Virus record (IMG/VR): IMGVR_UViG_3300045457_000127
Span: 1 to 54,939 of that record
Source: a virus
Lineage: Duplodnaviria > Caudoviricetes
Direction: 5' to 3' (one strand)
Length of the DNA: 54,939 nt
The first letter of the stretch is position 1. The number at the start of each line of letters is the position of its first letter. This document shows, in pieces, positions 7,901 through 16,408 of the stretch. The notes beneath the pieces were generated by a model. It had not been told where the DNA came from, made no database searches, and saw only the letters and a program-made list of their open reading frames with translations. A program made the position numbers and the translations under genes.

Positions 7901-8463
7901 ACCTCTTCTTCTGATGGTGCCGGCACCATATACTTATAAAATTCTTTATCACCCTCACCTTTAAACTTTTCAAGGCCAACATCTTTTAATTGTTTTTCAG
8001 AAAGAGTTGTGATAAAAGCAACTCTAGGATCATTTGCTGCAATTTGTTCACCATTTTGTAATGCTTGAACTGTAGCTGTCTGTTCTGGAGTTAATTTTGG
8101 TTGAGGAGCCTCACCAGGCTTTAATGGTGTTGCAGTTTCTTCGCTCACACCTTCTTGTAACTTTCTTCTCCATCCTCCTTCTTCCATGTTTTCACCAGCA
8201 GCGTCACCACTGGCTGTATTATTCAATTGTTCCTGGAAGAATGCCTGTTTAGCAGCCATCGTGCCTGTAGGAAGAGCCTTCAGAAATCCAGATATGTCGG
8301 GTAGACTTTTGAGGTAGTAACGAGGAAATAATTCTGCTATCTCTGTTGGTGTCAAGGCAGACATTAAAAAGCGGCCAATTCCAGGGTTCTTGATTGCCTG
8401 GACTCTCTCTTGAACATTTAGCTTATTTAATAACTTTAAACTTATTTTTTTATAGTTGATCAT
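4918..8463 (-). CDS. Multi-domain tail/baseplate hub (tape-measure-locus) protein with lysozyme/SLT-like, Tae3/BPSL0067-like amidase and YkuD L,D-transpeptidase-like domains
   Basis: IDPRIMYGIVRGES...GPFQM (~7540-7875); ECVALAK..WRKG..GTPIATF..HAAVFLG..VADQW (~6865-7230); IHSSG..YSHGCISI (~6350-6720). It lies directly downstream of gp26/gp51. Confidence 0.75.
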   Translation of the reverse strand: MINYKKISLKLLNKLNVQERVQAIKNPGIGRFLMSALTPTEIAELFPRYYLKSLPDISGFLKALPTGTMAAKQAFFQEQLNNTASGDAAGENMEEGGWRRKLQEGVSEETATPLKPGEAPQPKLTPEQTATVQALQNGEQIAANDPRVAFITTLSEKQLKDVGLEKFKGEGDKEFYKYMVPAPSEEEVKQSLASSSGMKQIIDTAAAKNNIDPRIMYGIVRGESIGKTSGEYDIGDSGKSFGPFQMHMNFLGKNFMSQTGLDPRNMSTLPQQADWIAKEIAKRGGGDAARKWVASQWYGYGKQQLGQTGTPYNINERASVGDSDWNSNWFKSGVYTKMGASKDPITQDYTSEQVAAEREKLVREINTNRIQSLARYSQANLPVPGSPEAQQFLSDGKSEAAVRKRISELTGMESKECVALAKAYVGATGTVRDWRKGSNVLDGNLKPGTPIATFMDREGNPSQYYDGGVGTGKRGNDTTHAAVFLGYERDQTGKITGIRVADQWSTSNGVRYRTFPIDGNTRITSAKNFYAINDTKGEPLGESNPMRVIEQSQQHQGGPKTESVADPTNITEKVQSSRQAVRQGSLSFEGGGTYHFGSGRPDDTDHPSTPLGSSPVGGFNPHHVPGGYGYEMPSLNNKFDPKVGRTRDGMVIHSSGHDDLQRLYSHGCISIPKSEFPAFQQEMENFKKAHDGKAYINIMPDGRVTVTASPAYSEDGTFIKPVTTDQAIKEIRTNQPQVVESSTQVRTGDVTPPGSVGQERIAESLRTPSPDVSAEPRPAPTGGHTLNEPAPNVGQERIGESLGTPSPDVSAEPRPAPTGGQTLNRPGTEPTVGGQNVNESLRTAAPDVPQDVKRPAPTGGQTLNRPETPTPKTERKAPETSSLRYNFDEAAFVAEVREKEFGAALVSDDYILSELRNGFKNTPGVSYKNGVLTVNDPKSPAIQQVLQDMKNHNFDSSKFLHEIKEKTSDRGNTTETPETKAVSEQTINSPTATPETNIKVADASPKEIEQSVISHPVMTNEKGGENKTQTDQISAMPIGGIKSDNSVVVDANQKPLFTMNTEKEAAVYDPTKRNVDVIPKSSTIGKTPSSQSNMQSEMDILRSDIMSLKEVKQNPAQDITKGSESHITDRDGGMIENIMSMTKHIFLDPSAARAYSRARFVETGDSTNDFHHSGGNSNMKN
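5864..6198 (-). repeat. Three tandem ~37-40-aa Pro-rich coding repeats (ESL.T..PDV...RPAPTGG.TLN)
   Basis: Visible in the protein and in the DNA, e.g. CAGGTCTATTTAAAGTTTGGCCTCCTGTAGGTGC occurs twice. Confidence 0.85.
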
Positions 8464-8684
8464 CTTCGTTTAGCCTGCCTCTGCATTTGTGCCATCTGAG
8501 ACTTTCTCTCTTGTTCTAATAGCTTTATTCTTTCTTCTTCTGCTGCCAAATATTCTTTCAAAAGATCAACATATACATATCTTTCCCATGGTATCATACC
8601 TTCAACTTCTGTTAAACTCCAGTGATGATGTTCCATGAGACCAAAGTTTGTTTTATAATAATTTCCAAGTTTGTCATGACCCAT
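8460..8684 (-). CDS. gp51: Baseplate hub assembly protein, gp51-like (short form)
   Basis: NYYKTNFGLMEHHHWSLTEVEGMIPWERYVYV is the short gp51 motif of T4-like phages. Confidence 0.88.
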   Translation of the reverse strand: MGHDKLGNYYKTNFGLMEHHHWSLTEVEGMIPWERYVYVDLLKEYLAAEEERIKLLEQERKSQMAQMQRQAKRR

Positions 8685-9409
8685 TATGAGAAAAAAAAAT
8701 CATAGAAATCTGAATACCTCACATGGTGTTCAAATCCACATTTTGAACATGTTGCATCCAATGTAACAACAAATGTCGGAAAGTTATCAACAAATGCGGC
8801 TAACTTGTTATAGTTTTCCTCTGTCAGGTCTTCCACAAATCTTTTCAATTCATCTTTTGAATAATCCCTGGCGGCGTGCATGACCTTTCCATCATAGATG
8901 TATTCAATTGAGTTAACTATCAGAATAGTTCGTTGATCAACTGGCTTGGCATTTTCGATGTGCTTCACTACAGAATATGTTGGATATTTCATCTTGACTC
9001 CTCTATTTGAGTCAAGTTTGATATCATTTGTTAGTTCTTCTTCTGTTACAATTTCACAGTTGTTTATGTCCAGGTCAGTATTGAATATATGACCGCAGAC
9101 TTTATCTTCAACCACATTGTTACAGGTCAGCCTGATTTCAACTTTTTCACCTATGGACTTAGCACGTAGATATATAAAAACATAATCGATATCAAAGAAA
9201 GGTAACTTATCAACATCCAAATCACCTTCGATTATACAGTTGTTAATAACCTGCTTAACAGTTGCCACAACGTCATCAATCTTATTTGCTTCAAGTGCCA
9301 TAAACAAAAGTTTTTCTTCTTTCACGGAGAAAGGTCTGACTTTGATTGTCTTTCCTGTAGAAGGTATTTTCAATTCATAAATGGGCACATCAATCTTTGG
9401 TAAAGGCAT
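8684..9409 (-). CDS. gp26: Baseplate hub assembly chaperone gp26
   Basis: MPLPKI..P.YEL.IPSTGK.I..RPF.VKEEKLL, FDIDY.F..LRAKSIGE, MKYP, C-x2-C and a terminal FF. Confidence 0.92.
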   Translation of the reverse strand: MPLPKIDVPIYELKIPSTGKTIKVRPFSVKEEKLLFMALEANKIDDVVATVKQVINNCIIEGDLDVDKLPFFDIDYVFIYLRAKSIGEKVEIRLTCNNVVEDKVCGHIFNTDLDINNCEIVTEEELTNDIKLDSNRGVKMKYPTYSVVKHIENAKPVDQRTILIVNSIEYIYDGKVMHAARDYSKDELKRFVEDLTEENYNKLAAFVDNFPTFVVTLDATCSKCGFEHHVRYSDFYDFFFS

Positions 9410-9424
9410 TATTTAATCTCCATG

Positions 9425-10054
9425 TTAAACTCTCGGTGTAATATCTCTTCCTGGTCTTGACCAATATTTGAAGGCAAAAGAGACATCAAGTCTTATTATA
9501 TCCTGGTCACCCCAAGTCACTGGTTGTGGGTTAACTGTAACTGGCCAGGCCTTGAATAGTGACCATTGATATACCGCTTTAGGTTCCGTGGGCGCACGGA
9601 CATTTTGGTTTGCTGCATATTCGGCTAGCTGATATACATCTATCTGACAGTAATACTGTTCTGGATAGTTAAAATCAAATATGTTTGTTGGATTTATTAT
9701 CTCTAGCCAGTCATCAAACAGTTGTCTTTCAAATGATTCCTGCCGGCATATAAATCTCAAATCATGAGTGTCGGCGTATTTTGAATTTCTTGGAACGAAC
9801 TGAGTTGGTCCATAATATCTAACTTGTGATATATCAAATCCACGGCCAGGCAAGTCAGTTGATTCGCAGAGCATTGTCAAATCTCTCATCAAAGGACCAT
9901 AGTTATATTGTGACAGAATATTATTAACACCAACAGGTGATATTCTGACAGCAAATCTACATTGTTTGGCTGGACCTCCTAGTGAATTTAAAGCACTATT
10001 CAGATTAAGCATAGTTAAACGAGTTGGAGGATTATTAGGTGTGAAAGATGCCAT
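9425..10054 (-). CDS. Tail tube-family protein (gp54/gp19-like baseplate-tube initiator)
   Basis: LCESTDLPGR, FDDWLEII, IDVYQL, L.KAWP.TV and V.FAFKYW are tube-fold motifs; adjacent to gp48. Confidence 0.75.
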   Translation of the reverse strand: MASFTPNNPPTRLTMLNLNSALNSLGGPAKQCRFAVRISPVGVNNILSQYNYGPLMRDLTMLCESTDLPGRGFDISQVRYYGPTQFVPRNSKYADTHDLRFICRQESFERQLFDDWLEIINPTNIFDFNYPEQYYCQIDVYQLAEYAANQNVRAPTEPKAVYQWSLFKAWPVTVNPQPVTWGDQDIIRLDVSFAFKYWSRPGRDITPRV

Positions 10055-10878
10055 TAGTTACCGCCTGCAATAAGGTCTTTATGAATGATTTCCATCTCTT
10101 GGAAATTTAATGAAAGTAATGTGGCTACAGGATGTCCATTTGAGAATGTGCTCCATTCGCCACCAAAAGGTGCGTAGTCTACGTCAATTCGGTTCAGAAC
10201 ACATCGTCTTATTTGAGGTATATGAGGATTCGGCTGACCCTTATTAAAAAATCTGATCTGAAATTCTGCTGGTGTTTGAAACAATACACCTACGGCTCTT
10301 GGTGCTGCCCAGTATCTCAAATTTTGTATAATACTTTTCATTGACCTGGATTCGTCAAAAGATTGTGGTGCCATTGCAAACTGAAACTGAAATGACCTAA
10401 GGGCTGTGTTTGTATAGAGAACTTGAACACCAGGATTTATAGTATAACCCGTAGCGCCTGCTAATGGTCCTGCACCAACACCTAACTTGTCTCGCATAAG
10501 ATTTGTCAATTTAATATCAGCATATTCATGAACTTCGTGTGTAACTATACCGGAGCCGCTCAGACCACCTGGTATAAAGAGAACCGCTGCATACTGAGAT
10601 TGGTTAGGTGTCACGGACTCATTGGCTGCCTGGAGTCCTGCTCGTCGGGCAACATTATCGATAACCTGACCTATTGCACCAGTTGGAATACCACCTGTTA
10701 TGGCTGTAATGGTCATATAATGTCCTGTTTGATCAGAACCTAAGTCTTGGGGAAAAATATCATATGAAAACCCAGGTGAAACCGAGGCTGCCGAAGGTGT
10801 AAAGTTCTGAACTATACCTTCAACAGGGTTTACTAAATTTTCTCCAAGAAAATCGTAGGTTTGATCTAAGAATGCCAT
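10054..10878 (-). CDS. gp48: Baseplate tail-tube cap gp48
   Basis: INP.VQVLY...LRSFQFQF.M.PQS..ES, P.EFQIRF, CVL..IDVDYAP and L.L.FQEMEI. Confidence 0.88.
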   Translation of the reverse strand: MAFLDQTYDFLGENLVNPVEGIVQNFTPSAASVSPGFSYDIFPQDLGSDQTGHYMTITAITGGIPTGAIGQVIDNVARRAGLQAANESVTPNQSQYAAVLFIPGGLSGSGIVTHEVHEYADIKLTNLMRDKLGVGAGPLAGATGYTINPGVQVLYTNTALRSFQFQFAMAPQSFDESRSMKSIIQNLRYWAAPRAVGVLFQTPAEFQIRFFNKGQPNPHIPQIRRCVLNRIDVDYAPFGGEWSTFSNGHPVATLLSLNFQEMEIIHKDLIAGGN

Positions 10879-10900
10879 TTATTCCTCCAATGCTACATAC

Positions 10901-10908
10901 TATTTAGT
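10901..10908 (-). promoter_or_regulatory. Late promoter (ACTAAATA) driving the minus-strand tail operon
   Basis: Reverse complement of TATTTAGT, ~22 bp upstream of the gp48 start, with a GGAGG RBS in between. Confidence 0.7.
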
Positions 10909-10920
10909 AGAGGTTATTAA

Positions 10921-11370
10921 ATGGCACATGATTATAAGCAAGGTATTTTTAAACCTAGAAACGTGAAAAAGTATATTGGTGATCCAAGCAAGATAATATA
11001 TCGTTCTGGTTGGGAACTCAGAGTTATGCAGTATCTTGACGAAAACTCAAGCGTCATTGGATGGTCTTCGGAAGAAATAGTAATACCTTATATATCACCA
11101 TTAGACAATAGAATGCACAGATACTTTGTTGACTTTTATGTAGAGGTTGTTGACAAAAACGGAAACAAAAAGAAAATGCTCCTGGAGGTTAAACCCAAAT
11201 CTCAAACACAAGAACCTAGAACCTCGAAAAGAAACACGAAGAGATATCTAACAGAGGTCATGACATGGGGCGTCAATCAAGCCAAGTGGAAAGCAGCCCA
11301 AGAGTTTTGTATTGATAAAGGTTGGGAGTTTAAATTGATAACAGAATCGGAACTATTCAACAAGAAATAG
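10921..11370 (+). CDS. gp4: Head completion nuclease gp4 (TnsA-like)
   Basis: G.FKP.N..KY.GD...I.YRS.WE, W.SEE..IPY.SP.D...HRYF.DF, EVKP..QT and NQAKWKAA. Confidence 0.93.
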   Translation: MAHDYKQGIFKPRNVKKYIGDPSKIIYRSGWELRVMQYLDENSSVIGWSSEEIVIPYISPLDNRMHRYFVDFYVEVVDKNGNKKKMLLEVKPKSQTQEPRTSKRNTKRYLTEVMTWGVNQAKWKAAQEFCIDKGWEFKLITESELFNKK

Positions 11371-11378
11371 AATAAATA
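11371..11378 (+). promoter_or_regulatory. Late promoter (AATAAATA) before gp2
   Basis: The motif sits only 5 bp upstream of the ATG at 11384. Confidence 0.55.
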
Positions 11379-11383
11379 GTATT

Positions 11384-11908
11384 ATGGCTGAAAAATATAC
11401 AAAAGATACACTAAGTAAATGGTTTGAATCCAAAGCGATGAGCGTTTCGGCGGGTGCCGCTCGAAACACCATATTTGGTGTCAACATCAGAAAGAGGGAC
11501 TTTGGTGTCACAGGTAACCTATACTTTTTCCGATATGAAGCGAAAGGTAAAGAAATACTGCCTATGTGGGATAAGTATCCACTGGCAGTAATACTTGAAC
11601 GAAAACCTGATGGATTTCTGGGATTAAATCTTCACTATCTATCGGGATCACAAAGAAGTTCTCTCTTAGGACTTGTAGATAAATACAAGGAAGAATATAA
11701 AATGAAGATGTCGGTGACCACTGGAACATCGGTTAACTGGATAAATCTTATGCAGTATGCTGATATGGTAGGAATGGAATCATTGCCGCCCAGGGCACTG
11801 AAAAGATATCTTTTTACTCAATGTAGGTCAAAGTTTATTGAAATATATCCTGATGAATATGACAAAGCAATTCAACTACCCATCGAACAGTGGGTAATCA
11901 AAAGGTAA
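11384..11908 (+). CDS. gp2: DNA end protector protein gp2
   Basis: G.LYFF.Y.AK.K..LP.WD.YPL, GFLGLNLHYL, KRYL and AI.LP.EQW. Confidence 0.9.
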   Translation: MAEKYTKDTLSKWFESKAMSVSAGAARNTIFGVNIRKRDFGVTGNLYFFRYEAKGKEILPMWDKYPLAVILERKPDGFLGLNLHYLSGSQRSSLLGLVDKYKEEYKMKMSVTTGTSVNWINLMQYADMVGMESLPPRALKRYLFTQCRSKFIEIYPDEYDKAIQLPIEQWVIKR

Positions 11909-11911
11909 GAA

Positions 11912-12823
11912 ATGCCCTATCAACCATTTTTCGACAAGTTTCCAAAGATTGATTATGATATCAATAATGATCTTTATTCTAAGTATGAAAATGTTACCAA
12001 CATATTCTTCAGAATAGGAGTTATTCGTGAGATATTGAACAACATATCTTCTTATTATGTTTTTGAAATTGAAAACGGAGACAAACCTGAGGTGCTTGCT
12101 GATAAGATTTATGGTGACCCAGGCGCAGGATGGATGATACTGTATGCAAATCGGATTATGGATCCACAGTGGGAATGGCCTCTTGATAATGAGGAGTTTA
12201 AAAAATATATCATTGATAAGTATGGATCTGTGGCGAACGCAAAAACAAAAGTGCATCATTATGAAATGGTCATTAAAAGAACTAATTCTGAAACACAAGT
12301 AACAACAGAAACTAGATTTAATGTTGGTTATAGATCCTATGGTTCCAAACAATATCAGGTCTCCGTATGGCCAGAAGGTGCCAATTACATTTTAGGTGAA
12401 GAAGCCTTTACAGGTGTTTCAACAAGCAATTATGACTTCTATGGTGATGTTACTAATTGGTGGGTATCAAACAGTACCGTGCAGATTTCAAATACTGTAG
12501 GAAGAATTGCTATAGGTGATGTTATTGTAGGAAACACCAGTGACGTATTAGGAACTGTAACAGGTATTGTTGATGATGATATACCACACGATTTCTACTT
12601 AAACTTACCTGAGGTCCAGGAAGTCGAAACATTTAACTTTGATGGCAAAACTATTACACAGGTTACTGATCGTGAGGCAATTTATGCATTTGATTATGAG
12701 GACCAACTCAATGAATCTAGAAGAACAATTAAAGTTATTAAAAGGGAATACTATGATAGAGTTATGTCTGAATTTAATAATCTGGTACAAGCTAGACCAT
12801 CTTATCTTAGAAGACTAACATAA
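11912..12823 (+). CDS. gp53: Baseplate wedge subunit gp53 (with an ~80-aa insertion)
   Basis: FF.KFP.I.Y, G.KPE.LA.K.YGD...W.IL..N.I.DP..EWPL, HHYE and YE..LNE.RR.IK. Confidence 0.9.
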   Translation: MPYQPFFDKFPKIDYDINNDLYSKYENVTNIFFRIGVIREILNNISSYYVFEIENGDKPEVLADKIYGDPGAGWMILYANRIMDPQWEWPLDNEEFKKYIIDKYGSVANAKTKVHHYEMVIKRTNSETQVTTETRFNVGYRSYGSKQYQVSVWPEGANYILGEEAFTGVSTSNYDFYGDVTNWWVSNSTVQISNTVGRIAIGDVIVGNTSDVLGTVTGIVDDDIPHDFYLNLPEVQEVETFNFDGKTITQVTDREAIYAFDYEDQLNESRRTIKVIKREYYDRVMSEFNNLVQARPSYLRRLT

Positions 12824-12824
12824 T

Positions 12825-14039
12825 ATGGCAAAAACGTTACAGGTTCAAGATCCTGCTGGTCTGATTAGTGTTTATGGTTTTGATATTGGTGGTGCTGCCG
12901 GAGAGTTGGCTGAAACCACCATTAAAGAAATAGTTCTTGCTGAAAGTTTAACTACTCCTGGACTACAGACCTCTGTAACACTACAATCATTCATTTACAC
13001 AACTTTTAATAAAAATTTTGATAACTTTAAGAATAAACCAGTAACTTTCAATCTTGTCAGAGAAAACACTGGCAAGTCACTGCAAGTTGCACAGCAAGTT
13101 TATAGGCTTGCTAATCGTGATTTCATGCCGACCAACGTAGGTCAGACCGAAGAAATGACGGTTCATGCCTGCGACCAAACATTATTGAATGATGCAAAAA
13201 CTTTGGTATCAAAATCATGGAAATGTACCAAACCATCAGACATTGTTAGTTATGTTCTTGGTTCTTGTGTCGGCGCCAGGCAGACTGACGTGGAGCAGGC
13301 CGATCCAACCAGAGATTATATTGCAGAAAATATCCATCCATTTCAGGTAATTGCACAGCAATCCAATGTTGCTCTTGCTCAAGGTGATGATCCTTCTTTT
13401 GTTCATTATATGACATATAGAAATCTCGGCACACACCACTTTAGATCACTGAAAAGTTTAACACAGGCCGGTGCCGGTTTCCAGTTCCAACATGCAGAAA
13501 CTGGATGGGTCAATAATGGTGGTTATGCCAATCCTAGAGCGGTTATATCGTTTATGTTTCCTTGTGATTTTGATTATCTATCTGACCTTCTTAATGGTAT
13601 AGATGAAAATGGTTCAAACCAAAATGCTCTTGCTGTGTTCAACCCTGTTGCAAAAGCAATGTCACTATTAGGTAATCAGACAAAAGGTTGTGGCATGGGC
13701 GGATTTAACTATAAGCAAGCACTGACAAATGGCGGAACATCAAAGCAGCAGGACTCATGTAACTTTGGTGTTGAAAAATATTTGCTGAAACGCCAGGCAA
13801 GAATGTCACTATTAGAAAGAGACAAAATAGGCCTAAGAATTGTTGTTCCATGGAATCCTGATATTCATGCAGGTGATATGATTAATTTAACATGGGACAA
13901 TAAGAATAGCGGCGGCTTAGTTTATGGTAGCGGAGATTATCTAGTGGTATCAATGCAGCATAGTGTAAGATTAGGTGGCTTTTCTACAACTACCATGGAC
14001 TGTGTATCAAGAACAGTTGGTAACGGAGGTGTATTATAA
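12825..14039 (+). CDS. Probable baseplate hub protein (gp27-like)
   Basis: Lies between gp53 and gp5. The C-terminal I.VP.NP.I.AGD.I.L...SG.YLV....H pattern is typical of hub proteins. Confidence 0.6.
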   Translation: MAKTLQVQDPAGLISVYGFDIGGAAGELAETTIKEIVLAESLTTPGLQTSVTLQSFIYTTFNKNFDNFKNKPVTFNLVRENTGKSLQVAQQVYRLANRDFMPTNVGQTEEMTVHACDQTLLNDAKTLVSKSWKCTKPSDIVSYVLGSCVGARQTDVEQADPTRDYIAENIHPFQVIAQQSNVALAQGDDPSFVHYMTYRNLGTHHFRSLKSLTQAGAGFQFQHAETGWVNNGGYANPRAVISFMFPCDFDYLSDLLNGIDENGSNQNALAVFNPVAKAMSLLGNQTKGCGMGGFNYKQALTNGGTSKQQDSCNFGVEKYLLKRQARMSLLERDKIGLRIVVPWNPDIHAGDMINLTWDNKNSGGLVYGSGDYLVVSMQHSVRLGGFSTTTMDCVSRTVGNGGVL

Positions 14040-14040
14040 G

Positions 14041-15429
14041 ATGACTTACCCTAAGAACTTTCCAGGACAAATTCAGGTTGCTATTGTGGGAGGCGGCGAC
14101 GTAAATGATCCTGCTGAGGATCAATCCTGCAATCAAAGAATATATTCACCATTGGAGCACAGTCCAGATGGTGTTCAATTAAAGCATCTCGCCTTTTCTC
14201 CAATGTCACACTCACCAACAAACCATTCTCAGCAATCTTTTCCAGGTTGTATGGACCCTGGTTCATTGGTTTATGTTCTAAAGAATACAGGTTCAAACCA
14301 GGTCCAGATTTTAGGTCAGGCAAATGATTTTCATAATTCTGAAACAAATAGAATACCTGGTAATCTAGATTTGATGAATAATCCTATTGTCAAAGAATTG
14401 CTTGATAGAACAATCCAAATCCTGATACCACCAAACGTTGAAGACGCCGAAGAAAAAGGCGCAAGAATTAAAAAGATAAAAGAAAAAGGTCAAGAACATA
14501 AACACAATCTACTTAAAGGCCTACCAACCCATGCCGCTTTGATGGGTATGTCAGGTCTTAGAATACCTGAGGTGAAAGAAGTACCGACAGCAAAGCAGCA
14601 TTGGCAAAAACTGCTAAAAGATGACCAAATGAACAACTTACCTGGAAGTCTAATGTCACTAGGTCAGATGTTCCAGGGTTTGATGGGCGGCCTCGGCGGT
14701 GGTGGAGGCGGCGGAGGCGGCCTTCTCGCCGCCGGTGGAGCAGGAGGTGCGCCTGCACCAGCAGCAAATAACGAAATAAATTTCGGTACAGGATATGATT
14801 ACAGCAGAAACAGAATGGATGAAATTACATCCAAAATGACACCTCAAATGAAAGATGCTGTTAATTCTCTGTCAACACTAATGCAAGGATTTGACTCAAC
14901 AGGATCAGAAGGTTCATTTGTAACAGGTGGTAGAGTTCATGTTCCGACATATCTAGATAATTCTGCATCATTGATATCACAAGCAACTAACATATATGAA
15001 CTAATGGATGTGATGCATAGACTCCAAAATGATGAGTCGCTATTTGGAACAGAAAAACTAGAAGCACAAGTTTCCGAAATTGAAACATATGAAGGTTCAA
15101 CCAAACAATATTTTTATGCCAACGGATATATCACCCTTGATCAGACGCCTGCAATGCAGAATAATCAAAACAATTTTGCCAGTAGTGCAGGTTCTCCTTC
15201 AACTGCTCCTTCTGGTGGAGGATCAGGTAACGGAGGTATGTTCGGTGATCAGATGAAAAATATCATGGACATGCTTAAGAGAGTTTCCCCTGAGGCTGAG
15301 AAGAAACAAAAAGAAGTTATAGAGAAAGTTACCTCAGGTAACCATGGTAGAAAATCAAATCCTATTGTGAAGGCTCTGACAGATGGTAAAAATCCAGTCA
15401 AAGATGAAGTTCTGAATCAAGGTGGTTAA
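14041..15429 (+). CDS. Probable gp5 N-terminal (OB-fold-like) module with a Gly-rich and helical extension
   Basis: The N-terminal IV...DP...RIYSP..H....L...P....G..VYV....ILG spacing resembles the gp5 OB domain. The ATG at 14041, just after the upstream stop, is preferred over the GTG at 13975. Confidence 0.5.
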   Translation: MTYPKNFPGQIQVAIVGGGDVNDPAEDQSCNQRIYSPLEHSPDGVQLKHLAFSPMSHSPTNHSQQSFPGCMDPGSLVYVLKNTGSNQVQILGQANDFHNSETNRIPGNLDLMNNPIVKELLDRTIQILIPPNVEDAEEKGARIKKIKEKGQEHKHNLLKGLPTHAALMGMSGLRIPEVKEVPTAKQHWQKLLKDDQMNNLPGSLMSLGQMFQGLMGGLGGGGGGGGGLLAAGGAGGAPAPAANNEINFGTGYDYSRNRMDEITSKMTPQMKDAVNSLSTLMQGFDSTGSEGSFVTGGRVHVPTYLDNSASLISQATNIYELMDVMHRLQNDESLFGTEKLEAQVSEIETYEGSTKQYFYANGYITLDQTPAMQNNQNNFASSAGSPSTAPSGGGSGNGGMFGDQMKNIMDMLKRVSPEAEKKQKEVIEKVTSGNHGRKSNPIVKALTDGKNPVKDEVLNQGG

Positions 15430-15452
15430 TATGACATATAAAGGATGGTATA

Positions 15453-16367
15453 ATGGCTAACAATAAAAAGACCAGCACTAAAAATGATAAGAAGAAAACG
15501 GAACAAACCTGGACAGGTCCCAAGGATGCACGTTCTGAAAAAGGCGCCGCTAAGTATCCTAATCAGCATGTTTTAAAAACAAGATCAGGCCATTCTATAA
15601 TTTATGATGATTCAAAAGATAATGAAAGCATGACCATTCAACATAGAGGTGGTTCATGTATCATGTTCATGCCTGATGGTGCCGTTCATATGACTACTCA
15701 CAATGGTCGTTATGATATTGTTTTCGGTGAGGACAGAATGACTGTCACTGGTGCCCATGACATTACAGTTAAAGGTGATGGTTCTCTACGTGTATATGGT
15801 GATTATAGAAAGACTGTTCATGGTAATGTTGAGGTATCCGCCACAGGTTCTATTACCTATCGAGGAAACAATATTAATCATCTCGCATCCGGTAATCACA
15901 CAATAGTTGCAGAACTAGGTAATCATAAGTTTGGTACCGCTGCTGAACTCTCCGCACCACACGTTTCTGTTGTAGGATCAGATAGCGCCGCCTTTGTCGG
16001 TAGAGATAAAGCATTCTTTGGTGGTAAAAATGCCGAGGTTGCAGGCGTGAACAAACTTAAAGTTGGCTCAGAAAAAGGTGAGATGCATGTTCATACTGAA
16101 AAGGACTATCATCAAAACATAAGAGGTTCCAAGAAGATGAAAATTGAAGCATCTATTGAACTTAATGTCGAAAAAGATGAAAATGCGGAAGTTAAAGGTG
16201 ATCGTAATCAAAAGATTGGTGGCACCAATGTTGTGAAGGCACAGGAAATTAAATTACAGCCAAGCAGAGATCCTAAGAAACCAGGCGAAGCGGAAGAGCA
16301 TGAAGTTAATTCTAACCAGGTTGAAACAGCATCTCCTCAGCAGCAAAACAATGATAAACTCCGTTAA
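15453..16367 (+). CDS. gp5: Baseplate central spike, gp5 C-terminal beta-helix portion
   Basis: KYPNQHV.KTRSGH.I.YDD...E...I.HR.G....PDG followed by 8-residue V.G repeats. Confidence 0.85.
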   Translation: MANNKKTSTKNDKKKTEQTWTGPKDARSEKGAAKYPNQHVLKTRSGHSIIYDDSKDNESMTIQHRGGSCIMFMPDGAVHMTTHNGRYDIVFGEDRMTVTGAHDITVKGDGSLRVYGDYRKTVHGNVEVSATGSITYRGNNINHLASGNHTIVAELGNHKFGTAAELSAPHVSVVGSDSAAFVGRDKAFFGGKNAEVAGVNKLKVGSEKGEMHVHTEKDYHQNIRGSKKMKIEASIELNVEKDENAEVKGDRNQKIGGTNVVKAQEIKLQPSRDPKKPGEAEEHEVNSNQVETASPQQQNNDKLR

Positions 16368-16375
16368 TAAGTTAG

Positions 16376-16383
16376 CCTAAATA
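16376..16383 (+). promoter_or_regulatory. Late promoter (CCTAAATA) before gp25
   Basis: Intergenic NNTAAATA motif 25 bp upstream of the ATG. Confidence 0.65.
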
Positions 16384-16408
16384 ATTTTAAATATACTAGA
16401 GGACCGTA

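Noticed and set aside
13975-14040. GTG start extension of the ORF after the hub gene; likewise the listed starts at 931, 39356, 42889 and 49011
   Set aside because: These extensions overlap upstream genes or use weak starts. The downstream ATGs with coupling or an RBS fit better.
14685-14765. GC-rich island suggesting foreign DNA or an RNA structure
   Set aside because: It is explained by a poly-Gly/Ala linker encoded with GGC/GGA codons within the ORF.
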